From: Bdellovibrionales bacterium
Lineage (GTDB): Bacteria; Bdellovibrionota; Bdellovibrionia; Bdellovibrionales; UBA1609
NCBI GenBank assembly: GCA_965199825.1
Contig: OZ241329.1
Span: 2,592,001 to 2,656,000 of the forward strand
Direction of reading: 5' to 3'
DNA length: 64,000 nt
In this document: one piece after another, positions 59,208 through 64,000 of the stretch
Numbering within the stretch: the first letter of the stretch is position 1
How the letters are laid out: each line of letters opens with the position of its first letter
Notes under the pieces: model-generated
What the model saw: the letters and a program-made list of their open reading frames with translations, nothing else
What the model was told of the DNA's origin: nothing
The model's database searches: none
Program-made: the position numbers and the translations under genes

Positions 59208-59951
59208 ATGACATCACAAATCGTTTTAGTTCGACACGGCGAAAGTATTTGGAACAAAGAAAATCGATTCACAGGTTGGATCGATGTGGGCCTTTCAGAA
59301 ACTGGACTCGAGGAGGCAAAGGCCGCGGGCCAACTTCTCAAATCCGAGGGCTATCAATTTGATCAGGTTTACACTTCGGTTCTTAAAAGAGCGATCAAGA
59401 CCTGCTGGACCGTTTTAGAAGCCACCGACCAGATGTGGCTTCCGGTTACAAAAGCATGGCAGCTCAATGAACGGCATTACGGGGCTCTTCAAGGACTAAA
59501 CAAAAAAGAAACGGTAAATAAGTTTGGCGAAGAGCAAGTTTTTGAGTGGCGTCGGTCGTATGCGACCTTGCCTCCAGCTCTTTCAAAAGAGGACAGCACC
59601 CATCCTCAAAATGATCGTCGGTATCAAGGAATTTCTCATTTGCCCTCTTGCGAAGCTTTAAAACAAACTTTGGAGCGTGTTGTGCCCTATTGGGAACAAG
59701 ACATCGTTCCGCAGATTCAAGCCGGAAAAAAAGTTTTGATTGTGGCTCATGGAAATTCCATCAGGGCTTTGATCAAGCATCTTGATCATGTGTCAGATGA
59801 CGAAATTGCCGAGCTCAATATTCCGACCGGCATTCCGCTTGTTTATGAGTTGGACCAAAATTTAAAACCTTTAGGGCATCGCTACTTAGGAGACGCCGAA
59901 GCAGCCGCGAGCGCAGCTGCCAAGGTAAAAGCACAAACTACTCCGACTTAG
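59208..59951 (+). CDS. gpmA: 2,3-BPG-dependent phosphoglycerate mutase
   Basis: [24 protein letters not shown] and NIPTG. Confidence 0.97.
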   Translation: MTSQIVLVRHGESIWNKENRFTGWIDVGLSETGLEEAKAAGQLLKSEGYQFDQVYTSVLKRAIKTCWTVLEATDQMWLPVTKAWQLNERHYGALQGLNKKETVNKFGEEQVFEWRRSYATLPPALSKEDSTHPQNDRRYQGISHLPSCEALKQTLERVVPYWEQDIVPQIQAGKKVLIVAHGNSIRALIKHLDHVSDDEIAELNIPTGIPLVYELDQNLKPLGHRYLGDAEAAASAAAKVKAQTTPT

Positions 59952-60489
59952 GACGTCTTGAATCATGGATGCGACTAGCAAGTTCGGCATCACAGATTTG
60001 CAATTTTTCTTCGTACTCGTCTTGTCGTTTGATCAATGTGTTTTTGTAGCCGCGAAAGCGCGACATGCGGTCACGCAAAAACTCTTCTGATACTCCAACA
60101 ATTTTTTCTTTTTCATCAAGCCCAACCGTCCACTCTTCTTCTTTGTCGGTCACTCGATCAAGAGGTTCGGTCCACATCAATTTGCCATCCCCTCCATACT
60201 CTTTGTTTGAGAGTTTGAGGCGACATTGCTTAAGGGCTCCATAAAGACCTTGTGAGCCATATTTTCGGTTGCCATAAACATGATCCTCAGACTCATAGAC
60301 TTCATTTTGGAGTCGCCTGAGTTCTTCGTTCATCTCCACTTTTTTTTGCACCACAAGATTGCCGTTTTTAACGCCGATTTTTTCTTCGCCCAGTTTTTCA
60401 ACATGATCCATCGAGGTATCAATATTTTTTGCCCGGTTGGGATTGCTTGCACATCCCACCAATAAAATACACATCAGTATCCGTTTCAT
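59938..60489 (-). CDS. Hypothetical lipoprotein with coiled coils
   Basis: GGAGG RBS and lipobox LLVG-C. Start taken at ATG 60489. Confidence 0.7.
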   Translation of the reverse strand: MKRILMCILLVGCASNPNRAKNIDTSMDHVEKLGEEKIGVKNGNLVVQKKVEMNEELRRLQNEVYESEDHVYGNRKYGSQGLYGALKQCRLKLSNKEYGGDGKLMWTEPLDRVTDKEEEWTVGLDEKEKIVGVSEEFLRDRMSRFRGYKNTLIKRQDEYEEKLQICDAELASRIHDSRRPKSE

Positions 60490-60686
60490 AAAAGGTCCTC
60501 CGATAAAATAAAGTATGCCATGACACGCCAAAGGTTTCATAGAAGTCTCAAACCGTTTGAATTAAAAATCAGACGCCTATTGTCGTGCTCGACCATAACA
60601 AGGCGTGACATTAACTCTAAATCACAACGATTGAGATTCCCACCGATCACTTGATTCACTCCTTAAAGTAAGGTCCACTTAAAGAC

Positions 60687-62348
60687 ATGGAAAAAATTTG
60701 GCAAAAAAGTTATCCGCATGGTGTTCCTTTTGAAGTAGATCTCAACCGATATCAATCGATCAGCGATTTATTTTTTGAAAGTTGTAAACAATTTCGAGAT
60801 AAGCCTGCTTTTATAAACTTCGGCTCTGAGATGAGCTTTGAAGAGTTATTTTTTTTGACAAATGATTTTGCCGGGTTTTTGCAAAGTCGAGGTTTAAAAA
60901 AAGGCGACCGTATTGCTCTTCAGATGCCAAATATTTTGCAATATCCGGTGGTGATGTTTGCAGCTCTTCGCATGGGCCTTATCGTCGTCAATTGCAATCC
61001 TCTTTACACACCCTCTGAGATCAAACACCAGCTTAAAAATTCAGGGGCAAAAGCAATTGTTGCCTTCAACGGCTCAGCCGCAAATTTAAGTGAAATCCTT
61101 GATCAAACCAATATCGAAACTGTTGTGATCACCGAGATTGGCGATCTGCTTGGCTGGCCAAAAAGTCTTATTGTGAATGCTTCGGTTAAATATATAAAAA
61201 AAATGATCACCCCATTTCAAATTGCCAATCACTTTTCGTTTTATGAGGCGCTTGATATTGGTCACAGCACTCGATTTGATATTCCTGAATTGAATCATGA
61301 TGATCTTGCTTTTTTGCAGTACACCGGCGGCACCACAGGTGTGGCAAAAGGGGCTATGCTTTCCCACGGCAATGTGATTGCCAATATGCTTCAGATGGTG
61401 GCGTGGATGAAGCCGCTCTTAAAAACCGGCGAAGAAGTCACTGTTGGGGCATTGCCGCTTTACCATATTTTTTCTATGACCCTCAATTGCTTAGCATTTA
61501 TGTATTATGGCGCGGCCAACGTTTTGATCACCAATCCTCGTGACCTCAAAGGCTTTATCAAAACTTTAAAACAATATCAGTTTACCGCATTTCCAGGACT
61601 CAACACCTTGTTTAATGGACTGATGAATCATCCCGATTTCGGGGGCATCGATTTTTCGGCACTTAAGATTTCGGTTGCTGGGGGAATGGCCTTACAAAAT
61701 ACGGTCGCTCGCAACTGGTCACAAAAAACAAAAGTTCCGATTGTTGAGGGCTATGGCCTCACCGAAACTTCGCCCGTGACTCATTGTAACCCCATTGATG
61801 GAACTGAGCGGATTGGGACAATTGGACTTCCTCTACCGTCGACTATGGTAAAACTGGTTGATGACAATGGCAAAGAGGTCAAAGGCGAAGCTGGTGAATT
61901 GTGCATCAAGGGCCCACAAGTGATGAAGGGCTACTGGCAAAACGATGCCGAGACCAAAAATATTATGCTCGAGGGCGGCTGGCTTCGTACCGGTGATATA
62001 GCCACCATGGATCAAGATGGATTTTTTAAAATTGTCGATCGCAAAAAAGATATGATTTTGGTTTCGGGCTTTAATGTCTATCCCAATGAAATTGAGGATG
62101 TGGTCTCTTCGCATCCGCAGGTGCTTGAAGTTGCTGCGATCGGTATTGAAGACGAGAAATCGGGCGAAGTAGTTAAGATCTGTGTGGTCAAAAAAGATCC
62201 GCAATTGACCGAAAAAGAATTGCGTGAATTTTGCAAAAAAAGTTTAACCCACTATAAAATTCCAAAAGTGATTGAGTTTTATGATTCTTTGCCAAAATCA
62301 GCGGTGGGTAAAATTTTAAGAAAAGAATTAAGATCGAAACCCAAATAA
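60687..62348 (+). CDS. fadD: Long-chain fatty acid-CoA ligase
   Basis: YTGGTTGVAKGA, EGYGLTE, TGD, DRKKDMI and KILR. Confidence 0.95.
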   Translation: MEKIWQKSYPHGVPFEVDLNRYQSISDLFFESCKQFRDKPAFINFGSEMSFEELFFLTNDFAGFLQSRGLKKGDRIALQMPNILQYPVVMFAALRMGLIVVNCNPLYTPSEIKHQLKNSGAKAIVAFNGSAANLSEILDQTNIETVVITEIGDLLGWPKSLIVNASVKYIKKMITPFQIANHFSFYEALDIGHSTRFDIPELNHDDLAFLQYTGGTTGVAKGAMLSHGNVIANMLQMVAWMKPLLKTGEEVTVGALPLYHIFSMTLNCLAFMYYGAANVLITNPRDLKGFIKTLKQYQFTAFPGLNTLFNGLMNHPDFGGIDFSALKISVAGGMALQNTVARNWSQKTKVPIVEGYGLTETSPVTHCNPIDGTERIGTIGLPLPSTMVKLVDDNGKEVKGEAGELCIKGPQVMKGYWQNDAETKNIMLEGGWLRTGDIATMDQDGFFKIVDRKKDMILVSGFNVYPNEIEDVVSSHPQVLEVAAIGIEDEKSGEVVKICVVKKDPQLTEKELREFCKKSLTHYKIPKVIEFYDSLPKSAVGKILRKELRSKPK

Positions 62349-63734
62349 AAAATCAGATTTGATTTTTTTTAAAACTTCCTTTGGAACAAGATTTTCCCAC
62401 TTGGGATCGTTATTTTTAAGCATCTCGTGCACATCGTGGGAGTGAATCGAAGTGTCCACATCATCGCAATCGGCAAGATCAACAATGCCATCGCTCTGTT
62501 TTAAAAATTTATAAAGCGAATCAAGTGGCGGCTTTAAAAATAAAGTCTCTGAGGTCTGACAGATTTCTGCCGACTTAAAAGGGTAAACATAAAGCCTGGT
62601 CAGCTGATCGAACAATCGCGAAAATCCCTCGAGCATTCCGCCCTCAAGTTCGGTGTAATATTTTTGATCAAATAATTTTTCAAGATGAGAGGCGCCAATC
62701 ACAATGCCGATGGGCTGATCGGTGTGGCGACGAATGTAAGTTTTAAGCCCATAAAATAAAAAGAAATTTGAGATCAACACCGGATGGCCCAGGCTCGAAA
62801 GCGAATCTACTCTTTGCAAATAGTCTTTGATGTCGACTTCACCTGTCGAACTTAAATTGTGCATGGTCATTTCAAAAAGAACTTGGGGTTCCTTTTCAAG
62901 TGGCCAATCTTTTTTGATTTGGGCGACCCCCCGATTGAGAATATCCAGATTGGTCTTGGTGATCGGTCGAAAAGTTCCACGCTGCACCAGTATTGGTTTT
63001 TTAAAAAATGCGTCCGACGGTTGAAGCATATGACCATCGCCATCAAACAAAATTGCATCGGTTAGGCCACGGCGCACCAGCTCTAAACTCAACAGGCGAT
63101 TATCAAAATGTTTTACGCTTTCGCCAGTAAACGAAATCATGTCGATTTCAATTCGTTTTTGTCTTAGATGATCGGTTAGAGCATCCAAAAATTGGCTTGT
63201 ACTTTTGAGCGAGTAAAAACAAGCTTCAATCAAATTGACACCTAAAATACCAAGGGCTTCTTGTTGGGCAAGTCGAGATCGATCAAGAAGTCGCACATGC
63301 AGAATCACATCATTGGTTGGACCCAGTTCTTCGCTTTGAAACCGAAGCCCCATCCAGCCTTGCGATTGTTGAGTTGCAACGGTGTTTGCAAAAGCAAAAA
63401 AACATGTGCTCGATCCCCGCGAAGTTTTAAGACGCTCCTCAAGCAGGCTGTATTCATGCTCGAGCATTTTAAGTAAACGCTCTTTAGAAACATAGCGACC
63501 CGTCTTCCCATAAATCGCGTCACTAAAAACCATGTCATAGGCCGACATACTTTTAGCAATCGTTTGTGAGGCACGACCGGCTTGAAAAAAATGGCGAACC
63601 ACATCCTGACCCGCGCCGATTTCGGCAAAGGTGCCATAGAGTTTAGGATCAAGATTGACCTTTAAGGCTTTTTTTAATGGAGAGACATCATTTGATTTCA
63701 CAAGTCGATCATATTGACTTTTGGTGGACTCCAT
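62328..63734 (-). CDS. Nucleotidyltransferase-like protein (family variously labelled nicotinate-nucleotide adenylyltransferase)
   Basis: YGTFAEIGAGQ, SAYDM.FSDAIYG, FAFANTV, RGTFRPITK and G.LE.F..LF. Family recalled from memory; function uncertain. Confidence 0.6.
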   Translation of the reverse strand: MESTKSQYDRLVKSNDVSPLKKALKVNLDPKLYGTFAEIGAGQDVVRHFFQAGRASQTIAKSMSAYDMVFSDAIYGKTGRYVSKERLLKMLEHEYSLLEERLKTSRGSSTCFFAFANTVATQQSQGWMGLRFQSEELGPTNDVILHVRLLDRSRLAQQEALGILGVNLIEACFYSLKSTSQFLDALTDHLRQKRIEIDMISFTGESVKHFDNRLLSLELVRRGLTDAILFDGDGHMLQPSDAFFKKPILVQRGTFRPITKTNLDILNRGVAQIKKDWPLEKEPQVLFEMTMHNLSSTGEVDIKDYLQRVDSLSSLGHPVLISNFFLFYGLKTYIRRHTDQPIGIVIGASHLEKLFDQKYYTELEGGMLEGFSRLFDQLTRLYVYPFKSAEICQTSETLFLKPPLDSLYKFLKQSDGIVDLADCDDVDTSIHSHDVHEMLKNNDPKWENLVPKEVLKKIKSDFLFGFRS

Positions 63735-63750
63735 CAAGAATAGATCGTTA

Positions 63751-64000
63751 ATGATTAACTTTTTTATCAGTTTTTGTTTTTTGGTCTTAGGTTGGGTTGT
63801 TTTGGGCGTGCGTGTTTCGACCCCTTTGCTTGCAGCAGATGGTTTATTTGCACTCTGGCCCGCGTTTTCGCTTCGGACAAATTACGCCGCAGAATTTTTG
63901 GGCGGGACTGCGATTGACGAAATCTATGGGCGCCCTATTGTGCTGCAAATGCTTCAAACTTTGGGTGTATCAACCCTGTTTGCACTTACGCTTACCGTTT
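63751..64000 (+). CDS. Hypothetical membrane protein (partial, runs off the window end)
   Basis: Open frame from ATG 63751 (MINFFISFCFLVLGWVVLG...) with no stop before the window end. Confidence 0.5.
   Translation, partial: MINFFISFCFLVLGWVVLGVRVSTPLLAADGLFALWPAFSLRTNYAAEFLGGTAIDEIYGRPIVLQMLQTLGVSTLFALTLTV

Noticed and set aside
60514..60532. Sigma54 promoter TGGCGTGTCATGGCA upstream of the lipoprotein gene
   Set aside because: The GG-to-GC spacing is 9 nt rather than the required 10.
1..64000. CRISPR array, cas genes, rRNA, transposase/integrase, prophage
   Set aside because: I saw no regularly spaced repeats or recognisable motifs, and nearly all sequence is explained by other genes.

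Overview
This 64 kb window is a compact, gene-dense core-genome segment that looks like a Bdellovibrionota (Bdellovibrio-like, predatory) bacterium. The assignment is inferred from gene order and protein style. It holds miaA (partial), mutL, dut, an M16 peptidase, pnp-rpsO-truB-rbfA-infB-nusA-rimP, tRNA-Leu(CAA), ppiD, mreC-mreD-mrdA-rodA, trxA, a kdsA-like gene with lptF, a dprA/LysM/TPR operon divergent from a split comEC, ald, lpxC, ruvCAB, efp-TPR-tamB-tamA, an RsmB/F methylase, dedA, gpmA and fadD. I found no CRISPR array, rRNA, integrase or transposase. The most notable observations are: (1) a solitary HNH nuclease gene whose upstream non-coding DNA has a 13-bp sequence that recurs inverted inside the gene, plus a third partial copy; (2) a membrane-anchored subtilase with a cytoplasmic PilZ domain, a sigma28-like promoter and an apparent ATC start; (3) a KdsA-like enzyme with altered substrate-selecting motifs; (4) an H1-like Lys-rich mini-protein carrying a PGLYANI module; (5) recurrent very short signal peptides, mostly without a basic n-region; and (6) candidate rpsO and rimP leader RNAs and a recurrent 15-bp palindrome. 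All calls come from motif recognition by eye; no database search was run.
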